64,000 bases of DNA, taken from contig OX597823.1 of NCBI GenBank assembly GCA_951406725.2, positions 85,312,001 to 85,376,000 of the forward strand, read 5' to 3'. The notes beneath the pieces were generated by a model. That model was given only the letters and a program-made list of their open reading frames with translations, made no database searches and was not told the DNA's origin. A program made the translations under genes and the position numbers. The stretch comes from Octopus vulgaris (taxonomy: Eukaryota). This document shows positions 13,096 to 25,699 of the stretch, piece after piece (positions within the stretch are counted from its first letter, which is position 1; each line of letters begins with the position of its first letter).

Positions 13096-13124
13096 ATATA
13101 TATATATATATATATATATTTTTT

Positions 13125-13290
13125 TATATAGAAGGAGTTTACAGGACTAGTACTGTTTCATTCAAGAGAAATCTTCAGAATGAAACAGTACTAGTCCTGT
13201 AGAAGCTCCTTCTATATAATAAATTAATTTTACTCTGCTATGTATTGAGTACCTTACTTACTGTGGTTAACCCCGAATCAACCCGGGACC

Positions 13291-13292
<2 letters not shown>
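13125..13292. mobile_element. Fold-back Penelope-type terminal fragment with an HHR-like core
   Basis: Inverted arms 13125-13163 and 13178-13218. Minus strand reads CTGAAGA tttc-tctt-gaat GAAAC agtacta GTC. Flanked by (TA)n. Confidence 0.6.
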
Positions 13293-13330
<38 letters not shown>

Positions 13331-13402
13331 CATATAGTTGAAATTTAGACAGATGTATAAATATATTTATATGTCCATATACATAAATATATATACATAC
13401 AT

Positions 13403-13448
<46 letters not shown>

Positions 13449-13833
13449 TTATGTACTGCGGTCGATTTGATCGATAAAAACATCTTCAAGGAATTGCCCC
13501 CGCATGGCCTCATTCTAAAGACTGAACATGGTAGGGTGAGACCATATTACATTAACACGCTGGCCCAGTGGCTAACGTGTTGTAAACATGATTTTCAGAT
13601 CGTGTTTTCAATTCCCAGGTTCATTCAACGTTATGTTCTGGAGTAAAACAATTCACTTCCCGTTGCTGCCGTCCACTCAACTGCTGAAAGGTAAACATGT
13701 GAGTGGCCGGTGTGACATTGCAGGGGAAATGTTGGCTCCAGCGAGGGGGTATCACTCGAAAGCTACAACAATCCAAAGAAGCGTATTGTGATCAGCAGTG
13801 TATAAGAGAAAATCCGATAGTGTGGTCAATGCA

Positions 13834-13894
<61 letters not shown>

Positions 13895-13898
<4 letters not shown>

Positions 13899-14097
13899 TT
13901 CTTTACTACCCACAAGGGGCTAAACATAGAGTGGACAAACAAGGACAGACAAAGGGATTAAGTCGATTACATCGACTTCACTGCGAAACTGGTACTGTAT
14001 TTATCGACCCCGAAAGGATGAAAGGGTAAGTTGACCTTGGCGGAATTTGAACTCAGAACGTAACAGACGAAATACCGCTAAGCATTTCGCTAAGCAT
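13895..14097 (-). mobile_element. S1 SINE, tail A
   Basis: tttctttactacccacaaggggctaaac tail plus S1 core. Confidence 0.88.
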
Positions 14098-14654
14098 TTA
14101 TATATATATATATACATCCATACGTACATGACGACAGACATAAACACAAACATACATGAATATGAAATTTGGGAAGGAAGAGAGAATGTGATCCATTTCG
14201 CGACTGTGTAGCTATATTTATGCAAGTGTTATATAAACTGCTGAAGAGTACTGTATATTTATCATTTAGGTGTCCCCAATGCTAAATCAAGCTAAAACAT
14301 CTGCTGGTATTTTATTCTATTCCTACACTGAATACCTGTAGTCTTCATGTTTTCTGTTCACCTGACTTTCAGAACTGAGGTCAAGTGACTCGTTCGTAAA
14401 AGGTTATATTTCTGCTTAGCTTTTCATCCAGAATATAATTCTTATTATGGTGGCTAACATGGAAGGGATACTTACATGTTAATTTCTTCATCTCCACACA
14501 CACACGTGTCACGCATGCGCACAAAGCTAATCGCGCACAGAGTCATTTCGTTAAAGAAGCAAACTTTTGGTTGTTAAGATAGTGTTTGGACAAGTAGGAT
14601 TCTATTGAAGCCGCGGTCTGAAAACAAAACGGTGGAGGAGAACGCAAAAATAAC

Positions 14655-14922
14655 AATCCTTTCTATCATAGGCACAAGGGTGAAATTTGGGGGAGGGGGA
14701 TAGTCGATTACATCGACCCCAGTGCGTAACTCGTACTTAATTTATCGACCCCGAAAGGATGAAAGTCGACCTTGGCGGAATTTGAACTCACAACGTAACG
14801 GCAGATGAAATACCGCTATGTATTTCGCCCGGCATGATAACGATTCTTTTCTCCTCTAGGCACAAGGCCCGAATTTTAATTTTTTGGGGTGAGTGGGGGC
14901 AGTCGATTAGATCGACCCCAGT
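14655..14922 (-). mobile_element. Tandem S1 SINEs (tail B)
   Basis: Two tails (ggcacaagg at ~14671 and ~14859) in the same orientation. Confidence 0.85.
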
Positions 14923-15642
14923 ATTTCAACATTTCTTTTACCCAAATCATTCCTAATTTACTCGGATGAATCCCCTCCTAGTTATTCGATATGAAAAGAA
15001 TCATATATTTTAATAATTAAATATTATGAGGAATTGTTTTTAAAATTGTTAAAATGTTTTGTATTGTAGAAGTAAAACCGATTTATTGCAGATAAATTTC
15101 AGCAAAATCTTAAATGGAATCCGAAAAGTCATATGGACCTCTTGTTGAGAACCACTGTTTGATACTGACTGATGTTTCGTGAAAGACAGACGAGTTTAAT
15201 AACCTCCAGGATAGGATGCAAACATAACGCAGATAACTTCACCTATGAACTTTGTTGCAACTTCTAGAAAGTATTCAGCTGTAAAAAATGCTAAATATGT
15301 AAGAAATATTTAAAGATTGGTCGGTTTTATTTTTCTCTCTTCCTTCTCATCTCTCGCTTTCATCGTAAGACATTTTAGGGTTGGTTATTTTAAAACTAAC
15401 AATAAATAACTGTACAACAGCATAGCAACTCTTCGGGTGGGCAGGGAAAAGAACAAAAATTACGTTGCATTCTTTATTACATTTTTTTTGACTTGTTAAA
15501 TTTATTTGAAGTTAACTTTTGCATGTTCCTCGTAATAACTATGTTAATAGTAAAAGGCAATCTTTATATTCAACTTATTGTTTTCTGCCTTCCGTCTTTA
15601 ATATCTAGTATTTTCGTAGTGTAGGGGGTCTTGTGAAGACCC

Positions 15643-15945
15643 ATGGCCAAGTGGTTAGGATATTCGGTTCACAATCGTAAGGTGGTATATTCGATTCCTG
15701 TCCTTGAACAAGACACTTTATTTCGTGTTGCTCCGGTCTCCTTAGCTTGCTGGAATGAATTGTGCCTGTGATTCAAAGGGTCCACCTTGTTCTATTCACT
15801 ATCACGCTTAATCTCCTTGAGAACTACGTTAAAGCTATGCGGGTCTGTGGAATGCTCAGCCATTTGCACGTTAATTTCACGAGCTGACTCTTCCGTTCAT
15901 CAGATTAATTGGAACCCGCGTGGTCGTAACTGACTGAATACCAGT
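15643..15945 (+). mobile_element. S2-related SINE, tail ii, diverged
   Basis: tggccaagtggttagg head, ttcgattcc, and gagaactacgttaa...ttaatttcacgagc. Confidence 0.75.
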
Positions 15946-17492
15946 TGAGGGAGCATATGTGTGGCCTGTATACAAACTGAGGCGATATATCTGCCATTTC
16001 TTTGTATATACCTTCTGTTCTTTATTTCTATTGGCTAAATTTAATATCATTTTGTAGTCTAAGTATCGAAGTGCATCAATTTACCTTCTTCCCTGCGTCT
16101 TCTACGATTTGTCGATGCTCTTAAAGTATATTTTCTATTGCCTCTGCTTGAGTGATATCTCTATGCTTTTATGTGTGATGGTTGGTTATATATCATGTTA
16201 TATTCGGCGTTGCCCCTAAGCAGAATACATTTTTATCCAGGTATTTATGCCATTTATTTAGTTTTGTAGCAATTGTGCATATTAATCTACATAATGGTGT
16301 CAGGGCTTTTGGCAGAAAGTAAGCAAATTTTTAAGAGCAAAGCATAGTTCGACTAAACAAACTCAGTTCTGAATTATGACATATTGTTTTTTATCGGTCC
16401 CCAAAAGATGACAAAGTTGTCTAGAGCAGATTTCGAACTCAAAAGTAATAACTCGAAAAATTGTTTCCAATGCACTAACAATTCTGCCAGCTCATAATCT
16501 TAACTGCATCTAGGTAAGGATTTGGACAATGACACAGCATAATGAATTCTTCTTATTTTCCGCTGATAACTATTATTTATTCTTCTTAGCCAAGAGAGAA
16601 GACATGAGTCAATCTACAGTAGACGGTTTTCTCAAAATAGATACAATGCAATATCTCATGCTCTGCTCTAAACTTCACGCTTCAATCCATTTTTTAAAGC
16701 AATATTTTTTGTATAGATTTACCTTTATTGTGAGCGACATTTCAGTAACATTTTTTTTTTATATTCTGTCACAATGTTACAATCAGGACATCCTCATGTG
16801 AGAAAATTACATTTTACTTTGAAAGTCAGCTTTTTCATTCGTTGAGAAACTTTTTTATAAGCAGAACAAATGAAAGGAAAAAAAAGGTGCATTGAAAATA
16901 TAGAAGACGTTATGTATGAAATCATCTGAGCGTAACTAGACAATACTAACAAAACAGAAGAAAGGAAACTACGCAGATTGTTAAATACATGCGATATAAA
17001 AGGTGCGGACAACACCCAGATATTTAAGACGTGGAGTTTATGTGTTAACGTAACATCGTTTCCATTATTGTGACATAAAAGAACATTGACAAAATACTTT
17101 AGAATACATTTCCCTTTGTCACTTTTATGAAATTGATTCCAAATAACTAAGATACCGACGGAAAAGCGCACACGATGTAAATATTACATGCTGAAAGCAA
17201 GACCTATTACTTTTCAAATTTTTGATTTTAAACATGATAAATGTATCACAATGACATCGATACACCTGTCTCAGTTTCACTGGTGTTGACTGGCGGACTA
17301 TAGAAATTATAAAATTAATTATGCATGCGATATATTGAAATTAATTACCATAGCACTTCGTTGGTTTTTATGTAAAGACACTGTACTGCAACGATTATAG
17401 AATTCTTCGGTCTGTTGGCTGCTAATTAGAAAAAAGAAAATCAAACTCCCTAGTTGCAGTCTAGTAATGCACAGAATAGTACCGTGCTAGTT

Positions 17493-17726
17493 AAGGCGGC
17501 GAGCTGGCGGAAACGGTAGCACGCCGGGCGAAATGCGTAGCCGTATTTCGTCTGCCGTTACGTTCTGAGTTCAAATTCCGCCAAGGTCGACTTTGCCTTT
17601 CATCCTTTCGGGGTCGATAAATTAAGTACCAGTTACTCACTGGTGTCGATATCATCGACTTAATCCGTTTGTCTGTCCTTGTTTTTCCCCTCTATGCTTA
17701 GCCCCTTGTAGGTAGTAAAGAAATAG
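17493..17726 (+). mobile_element. S1 SINE, tail A, with TSD
   Basis: Near-consensus copy. TSD gtaccgtgctag (17479-17490) and gtacagtgctag (17727-17738). Confidence 0.92.
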
Positions 17727-18232
17727 GTACAGTGCTAGCTTACTGCATTCTGCATTCAGACGAATGGACACAAGCAGCCAATTAGATAGTTTATAATATT
17801 TTTGAACGTATATCAAAGCAATTAAACAAGCCTCCAGCGTAACTCTGTTCTCATAGATAAGAGTCAAACATTTCTACTTTCTTCCAACTGCATACATATC
17901 GTGTTCTAACCTATTAATGCAAACATATTAAATGTTGTACAATTAATATGTTTTATGTTATGAAATGAGTTCAGGACAATATTCAGAAAAATACTGAAAC
18001 CCTTTTTCATGGCGTAATTCTAAATCGCAAACATTTTATGTATAATGCAGGCTCCTATTTCTCTAATCCTGTATGGAACATAACACATTTTTCTGGTCAA
18101 AACTTCGTTGATATATACAAAGTAATAATGTCAAGAATAAACAAATTTGAAAATCGCATCTTCTTCTAACCTTGAACTGAACAATGCATTACGAATGAAT
18201 TTCGTAGACGGACACTATGCTGAAGCCCGTCG

Positions 18233-18255
<23 letters not shown>

Positions 18256-18263
<8 letters not shown>

Positions 18264-18405
18264 ACCACGTGACCGACCAGACTATCAGATGTTGCTACAC
18301 ACCGCTGGTCACAATGCGCTTCGCATTGTTTTAGCCTTGAAATGACGCCACCCCGCTGGCTAAGCGAGCAGGCCAAGAGAAGAGTGAGAAAAGTTTGTGG
18401 TGAAA
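18256..18405 (-). mobile_element. S2-type SINE tail iv fragment
   Basis: Reverse complement is similar to 55195-55312 (cctgct...ttgtgaccag...ctgata...tcacgtggtcac). Confidence 0.6.
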
Positions 18406-18563
18406 TAAGCAAAACCGAGAAAAATAAATAGAGAGATTACATGAGATTACATGAGTGGAGTTAAAGAAAATTTTTCGTATTTTAACAATTTTTAACAATA
18501 ATTTAACAGTGTCATATTTTAACAATTTCATGAATAGCTCATAAACATCTTCCACGCTGTAAT

Positions 18564-18615
<52 letters not shown>

Positions 18616-18644
18616 ATTATATGTATATATATATATATATATAT

Positions 18645-19857
18645 ATGGGGTAATCCCATGCGTAATGCGGGATTTTTTCTTTATACTTTTAGTTTTCAAA
18701 ACTAAGTGAAAGAAATTTATTTTTTATTCTAAAACATACTTTCCTTCATTTTCTACAATGCTCTTCCATTTATCTGGTAGATTTGCAAGGCCCCTCTTCC
18801 AAAATTCACTTGTCCTTGACGAAAAATACCCCTCTGGTACTGTTCTAACTTTGTATACAGAATTCATAATTTTTCCGACGAAATAATAAAAAAAAACTGC
18901 AGAATAAATGATAATCAGTTGGGGTAATGCCCGGCGAATATGGTGGGAGAGGCATCGTTTCCCATTCAAATTGCTCCAGTCTTTGGAATGTCCTCTTCCC
19001 TTTATGTGACCGAGCATTATCCTGATGGAAACGAAGCTGTTAATTCTCCTTCTACCGCTGACTTAAGCCGCTCAAGCTGTTACCATAGATCTTCTTTGAT
19101 ATTATGTGGTTTGGAGTTAAATGTTTGAAGTGGACTAAACATTTCATTTCTCACCAAGCAGATAACAGTACCTTACGTGAAGCTTTTTTTAGCTTGAGGT
19201 GCCGGTGTTTCGTTTTTCCATGCCCACTCTCTTCGAAGCTTGATATTTTTGAGATCCCATTTCTCGTCGCCAGTCACCAGTCACTATTCGGTCCAAAAAA
19301 GATTTATTCGTGAGATGTCACAGCAAAGAAGAGCTAATTTTCCCCCTCTGCACGCAATTAAACTCGGAAAATTTGAGAGGAATCCATTAACCCAATTTGC
19401 TCACATTTTCGATGGCACTCAGGTGCCGATGGCTGGTTGAATTACCAAATCCAGTTACTCTGCTAGTTCCTCAACAGTTACGATGGAATTTTCTTTCACC
19501 AGGTTTTGCAGGAAGTCTTTCTCGAACTCTACAAATCTTCCAGGACGAGGCTCGTCTTCTAGGCGGCTCAAAATTCCTGGAACCACCGTTGACATTGGCT
19601 TACGCTTATTATCCGATCGTTGTTGCCTGTATTGAACTCATAAAGCAAAATATGCTGAATATTCACCTTTATCAATTCCATCACAGCTTTGAAAAAAACT
19701 TTTAAAATGGAACTGCACTCTTCAAAACTTTCACTGAGACAAGGTAAAATTATTACCTACTTTTATAACAAGTTGATGCAGGTAGTTTATCCCGTCCCCC
19801 TGTCACTTTTAGTTCAAGCAATAGAAAATACCGCATTATTTATGGGCTGACCCAATA
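18645..19857 (-). mobile_element. Mariner (DD34D-type) transposon, decayed
   Basis: TIR-like ends tggggtaatcccatgcgtaatgcgg and ccgcattatttatgggctgacccaa+TA. Minus-strand motifs LVTGDEKW, WETMPLPPYSPGITPTDYHLF, GLANLPDKWKSIVENEGKYV. Confidence 0.9.
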
Positions 19858-19858
19858 C

Positions 19859-19916
<58 letters not shown>

Positions 19917-20025
19917 ATATTAGGGAATAAATCCAAACTTACAGGGAAAAATGAGATTTCTGTATTTTCCTATGTTTTTCACTCTTTGATTTGCCTAATA
20001 GTGGTTTTATCTCTAATTTAATATA

Positions 20026-20094
<69 letters not shown>

Positions 20095-20256
20095 GTGTGT
20101 GTGATTGTGTATAGAAGAATATATTAATAAAAAGAATTCCAACCTTGTCTGATTTTCACGTTTTATTTACAATCTTATAATGATATATTATAAGATAATA
20201 TATTATAATTGAATAAAATAAAATGAAATAGTAGAATGTTAAATATTCATTCTGAT

Positions 20257-20301
20257 TGAACTAGTACTTTCATGCATTGAATTCTGCAATCTTCGGGTTC
20301 A
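20257..20301 (-). ncRNA. Minimal hammerhead ribozyme-like motif (U4C variant)
   Basis: tgaac CCGAAGA t tgca-gaattcaa-tgca t GAAA gtac TA gttca: stem I tgaac/gttca, stem II tgca/tgca, palindromic GTAC loop III. Confidence 0.65.
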
Positions 20302-20359
20302 TGTAGTAGTGTTGACAGTCATGCTTCACAATTTTTGACTGTAGCAAGATGAGTGATTC

Positions 20360-20482
20360 TGTGCTATAAATACAGCTGGGTAGGCTCCAGAGTGCTAGGT
20401 TTTGCAAACTGTATTCTGACCAATCAGTGTGTAGTATCACTCAATTACTTAAGCTGATTGGTTGGTTGAGCTGATTGGTTTA
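20360..20482 (-). promoter_or_regulatory. Putative Penelope pLTR promoter (CCAAT boxes + TATA-like)
   Basis: ccaatcag motifs at ~20420, ~20456 and ~20474, and tatttatag at 20364-20372, lie upstream of the HHR on the element strand. Confidence 0.35.
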
Positions 20483-20795
20483 GGCATCACGCTTTGTTGG
20501 ACAGGTCAAGAGTCCTGTATCTTGACCCTGGCCGAAGCAGCAATTGTTGGGTTATTTTTAGAAATGTTGTAAATATCCTTTGTCAGAGATTTTTATATTT
20601 TTATATTTCAATTGTCATCATCATCATTGTCAGCACCTTAATTATTGTTGCTAGTGGTGATGGTGGTGGCAATAGAACTTTTAACCCTAAATAAGATAAT
20701 TTTCCTGCTATCTTCGTCTTGATCACCTTTAGTATTGTTGTTGTTGTTAGTGGTCATGGTCGTAGCAGTGGAAGTAATACCTCTAAGTATTATTA

Positions 20796-22173
20796 TTATT
20801 GCTTATTTAGCTTGGGTTCGAATTTATCAATAAAATTCTTTTCTCTGATTTTCCTCTCGATTTCACTTGGGCTGTGTAATTTGTAGAATGGAAATATTAT
20901 ATATATTTTCCGACCACATGTTGCTAGGTGGTTACTCAAAGGTATCTGACGGACCTCTGGGTCTCTAATCTGTTGCCGGTGTACACGTGAGCGTTCTAAT
21001 AGTGCGTTTCCCGTCTGACCTACATATATTTCTTCACAATTTGGGCATTTGATGCAGTAAATTAAATTTCTGCTTTTGCAGTTCATATTCGCGTTTGTGA
21101 ATATTTTCCCGGTTTTTGTGTTTATATATTGACCGGTATGTATGAATTGGCATGTGCCACATCGGCTATCATTGCATTTAGATACCGTGAATGTTTGGTC
21201 TTTGTTGCTGAGGTCAAATTTTGCCTTTGTTAGTAATGTTTTCAAGTTTTTAGGCTGTCTTTTACTAAGCACCATAGCTCGATCCTTGATTATGTCTTTT
21301 AATTCATTACTTTGGGCAATGATTGGTAGGTTTGCTTTGGCAATGTTGAAGATATTCTGGTGACATGGGTTGTGTGTCACTATGAATGGTATGACTTGTT
21401 CTTGTTTTCCTCTTCCTTGGGTTGTCCTAAGTTGTTGTATAGGTATTTTTATAGCCCGCTGTATGCCATTTTCTATAAGTAGAGATGGGTATTTTTGTTT
21501 GAGCAAAAATTCTCTTAGTTCTATTAGGCGTTTGTTCCTGATATTTGCATCTTATACAATAGTACAAATTCTTCTGGCTAGGCAGTATGGGATGTTACGT
21601 TTTGTATGTGGTGGATGGCACGACTTAAAATTTAGGTATTGATGTGTGTCTGTGTGTTTATAGTATATATCTGTGGTGATGGTGGTGTCTTTTTTAATTA
21701 CCATTATATCCAGGAATGGTAATTTGGTACTACTCATCTCCTTTGTAAATTTGAGAGATGGGTGTAGGTTGTTCAGGAGGATATTGAACTCTTCCAGAGT
21801 ATTTAGAGATTCTGTCCAGATTATGAAACAGTCATCTAGGTATCTCTTCCATGCCTTTTCAATATATTTTCTAAATCCAGTGCCATAGTTTACCTCCACC
21901 TCTTGGTAGAGTTGTTCTTCTAAGTATCCCATTACAGAGTTGGCGTAAACGGGAGCAAACCTCGTTCCCATCGCCGTGCCTCTAATTTGGATGTAATTCT
22001 TTCCATTGAAGAAGAATGTGTTATTTTCTAGAATAAGTTTGACTGTGTCTAATATAAATGGCACTGTGAATCTGCTGGGAATCACTTCTCTATGTTTTTC
22101 TAACCAGTATTTAATCGCCTTTATTCCTAAATCGTGTGGAATATTGGTGTAGAGGCTTACCACATCAAAACTT
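20796..22173 (-). pseudogene. Penelope RT + Zn-linker + GIY-YIG endonuclease (partial, one in-frame stop)
   Basis: SFDVVSLYTNIP, GTAMG, RYLDDCF, LPFLD, YYKHTDTHQYL, CNDSRCGTC, NLIYCIKCPNC..IYVGQT. The ORFs 21552-22178 and 20796-21506 share one frame and are separated by a single TAA. Confidence 0.93.
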
Positions 22174-22430
22174 CCCAAAACAACAGAAACAAATTCAGTT
22201 TTGCTAAGTTTTGATGTGGTAAGCCTCTACACCAATATTCCACACGATTTAGGAATAAAGGCGATTAAATACTGGTTAGAAAAACATATAACGACTAAAA
22301 TATCGTTAAATGCTTTTCGATTATTTATAGTTAATACACGTAATTTTTATATATTTATTTGATAATTGGTATAAGTTAAGTACATTTATTCTATTATTAT
22401 CATTTCTTATTCTTTATTATTTATTATGTT

Positions 22431-22550
22431 AGACCTGATGTGTGAATATATTTTTAAATAGAATTAATTTTAGTCCAATTTAATTTTGAATCGTATTGAG
22501 TTTATTATTATTATCTATTTGAAAATATTGCCATGAAACGTGCGTAGTCT
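22431..22550 (+). ncRNA. Degenerate HHR-like motif with a long AT-rich stem II region
   Basis: agac CTGATGT ...~93 nt... GAAAC gtgc GTA gtct. Stem I agac/gtct. A9 is replaced by T. Confidence 0.45.
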
Positions 22551-22695
22551 TTTTAATACTGTTTACTATTTATTGTACTTTATTGATTTAAAATAAGGGT
22601 TTTTTAATAGTAAATGTTTTCTATATGGTGTGAATCACATCTCTCTTTATTGAATTGTTTGATAGTGGTTTTTCTCTAAATCATATACATATGTG

Positions 22696-22755
<60 letters not shown>

Positions 22756-22816
22756 TTGTAAGTATATATATGTATGTATGTATGTATGTGTATATATATA
22801 TATATATATATGTATA

Positions 22817-23985
22817 TAGTTGGAAAATTGGGAGAGTGGCGTCATGACTTTCTGAAGTATAGAAGTCAGGTGGCAGTAGCCAATGGGACCATTTCCACTA
22901 ACACGCAAATAGTGAGCGGTGTTACGCAGGGCACTGTTTTGGGACCACTACTGTTCATATTGGCCCTCTCAGACATGACGCAGAGAGCCACGATCACAAG
23001 TTATGCAGATGATACAAAAGTTTCACAGGCAATACAGAACCCTGAAGACACTAAGCACCTGCAATGTGAGCTGGACAAAATATACAAGTGGGCTGAAAAG
23101 AATAGCATGCAGTTCAATGCTGAAAAGTTTCAAGCTCTATGCTATCAGCACGCAAAACTAAATGCAATACCCAATAAATACACTGGACCTGGAGGGACTG
23201 CAATTCCAGAGGCACAATCAGTGCGAGACCTGGGTATTTACATGAGTGATAATGCAATCTTTCATGTGCATGTTGCTAAATTGGCAATGAAATGTAGGCG
23301 GCTGACCGGATGGATTCTTAGAACCTTCAGAACAAGAAACCAGGAAACCATGATGGTCCTCTGGAGGACACTTGTCCTAAGCCACTTTGACTATTGCTCT
23401 CAGCTATAGTCACCATCCAGTGTCAAGTTAATCACAGAACTTGAGGCGATCCAACGAAGCTACATGAAGAAGATAGCCTCTGTGCAGCATATAAGCTATT
23501 GGGAAAGATTCAAGAGATTGAGACTCTATTCCTTAGAGCATAGGTGAGAAAGATATGCAATAATATACATCTGGAAGGACTTGTCCCAAACTTTGGCATC
23601 GAGAGTTACACAAATACTAGAACTGGGTGCCACTGCATAGTGCCAAGGACTCCAAATTTGCCATCAAGATGTAGGACAAGATACTGTGATAGCCTGGGCT
23701 TCCGAGGACCACAGCTCTTCAATATCCTCCCGAAGAACCTAAGAGCCCTGCATGGGGTGGATGCAGATGTCTTTAAAATGAAACTGGATCTCTTCTTGTC
23801 AGGTATCCCAGATGAACCAACTTCACGGCAGGAGGTGCAGATGAGGGCAGCTGCATCGAACTCTCTCATGCACCAAATGGCAATTGCTAAAAAGCATTCG
23901 TGAAGTAAAATCATGTAGCAACACCAAATGGCGGTGCCCCAGCATGGCCACAGCTTGTGAGCTGAAACTAGATAAATAAAACAAA
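22817..23985 (+). mobile_element. CR1-group LINE, 5'-truncated (RT C-terminal half + 3'UTR)
   Basis: SGVTQGTVLGPLLF, YADDTK, MQFNAEKF, VRDLGI, DYCSQL*SP. 3' hairpin plus A-rich tail. Inserted in (TA)n. Confidence 0.93.
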
Positions 23986-24030
23986 AAAATAAATATATAT
24001 ATATATGTGTGTGTGTGTCTGTGTGTCTGC

Positions 24031-24076
<46 letters not shown>

Positions 24077-25056
24077 TTACATACACATAAATATATGAGC
24101 ATGATCTTATGCATATATGTATATATGCACGTATTTATATGGGTATGCACATATGTATGTAACCATTGGTTCTCCTAATTGCCGCACATAAATAGCTAAA
24201 TACGAGTGTACACACTAATTGTATGTCCTCCTAATTACAGCGACACATATTTTGAATGCACTCACAGACACCTTCATCAACGTATGTGCAGCCGTGTGTG
24301 AGTGTGATTAAAGATAAATATTTACCTATTAAATGTTACGCATATCGCGTTTGCTCTTGTTTATACATATGAATATGTTTCACTGTTGTGTATGTTGATA
24401 TCTGTGAGTTTATGAGTGCATGTACTTGTATGTGTGTATTTCAGAGAGAGAGAAAGGGAGAGAGAGGGGCAGAGGCAAATACAGAGGAAAACGTATCCTT
24501 ATGCATGAATGTTCCGTGATGGTTGATTAACTGTTATCCACACCAAATGCTGCTCTCACATTTAACATTATTGGTCAACAAGTCAACCCTTTACGCGTTC
24601 ACAATCATCAAAGAAAAAACTTTGTTGCTATAGTAAAAACGAGAGAGTTTTCTTCAGTATTTCGGTGGGATATAAACACTGAATACACAATACTCAATAT
24701 TAAATAGTGATTCAGTAGTTTCAAATGACCTTTATTTATGCGTTTCACAGAGAAAGCCTTAGTGTCTCCGTCCGAAAAACTAAAGAAGCAGATCAGAGGT
24801 TTTTCCCTTGCTACTTGTTTGTTGCTTGAACCATAAAATAATCAACTGAATAGGGCTATAGTCTTTGCACAGCATCATTGTACTTCTTTTCCCTGATATC
24901 CTTTATTTAATTTCCTTTCTTCACGAAAAATCTCACCACCATTTCTTTCTTCCTCTCCGTCTCTCTCTCATTCTCCCTTCTCTTTCTTCGTCTTTTCAAA
25001 CATCCGACTTCTTTCATTTCTCGTTATTTCATATTTATTTATTTATATATATACAT

Positions 25057-25105
<49 letters not shown>

Positions 25106-25699
25106 CATATGCATATATATATATATATATTTATATATATAGTCTATAATGTCTCTCTTCCTTTCATTTCCTTTAAACGATTTGTATTCTTAAATGTAAT
25201 CATTTTATATATTTCTGACATTTTTCTTGAGGTTCTCAAGCCGTTTCTTTTCTCTTCTCCTTTTTCTGCTTTTCTTCCCCTTTTCGTCTTTCATCCTGAA
25301 TACGTTTCAACATTTCAAAACAAACCTACGAATTCTCACTTAACACCAAGCCAGTTGTTCGCCCAGACAGTATTTCATGTCAACTACTTTTATATATATA
25401 TATATATATATATTTACACACACAACTACTTACCACACTCCGCTTTGCTACAACTTTACATAAAGTTTTACTCTGATAGTTTATAGAGAAAGTTTATTCT
25501 TAGTATTCAGCCATGTAGAACTTCAAATACTTATCGACAAGATGAGAAACGTGCATAGATTAAATGCGCGCGCATACACGCGCACACATATATGATATAC
25601 ATATGCGTATGTATATATGTGTGTTTCTCTGTGTATACACGTATACTGACATGCACACACATATGTGTGTGTACATATGTATACATGTATATATATATA

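Larger units (their letters stand above)
20110..22288 (-). mobile_element. Penelope-like retroelement (Neptune-type), 5'-truncated with inversion
   Basis: RT plus GIY-YIG ORF, a downstream pLTR-like region with an HHR-like motif, and an inverted RT segment at 22171-22288. Confidence 0.92.

Noticed and set aside
21552-21554. Recoded stop (selenocysteine or readthrough) in the Penelope ORF
   Set aside because: The codon is TAA, not TGA, and is most simply a point mutation.
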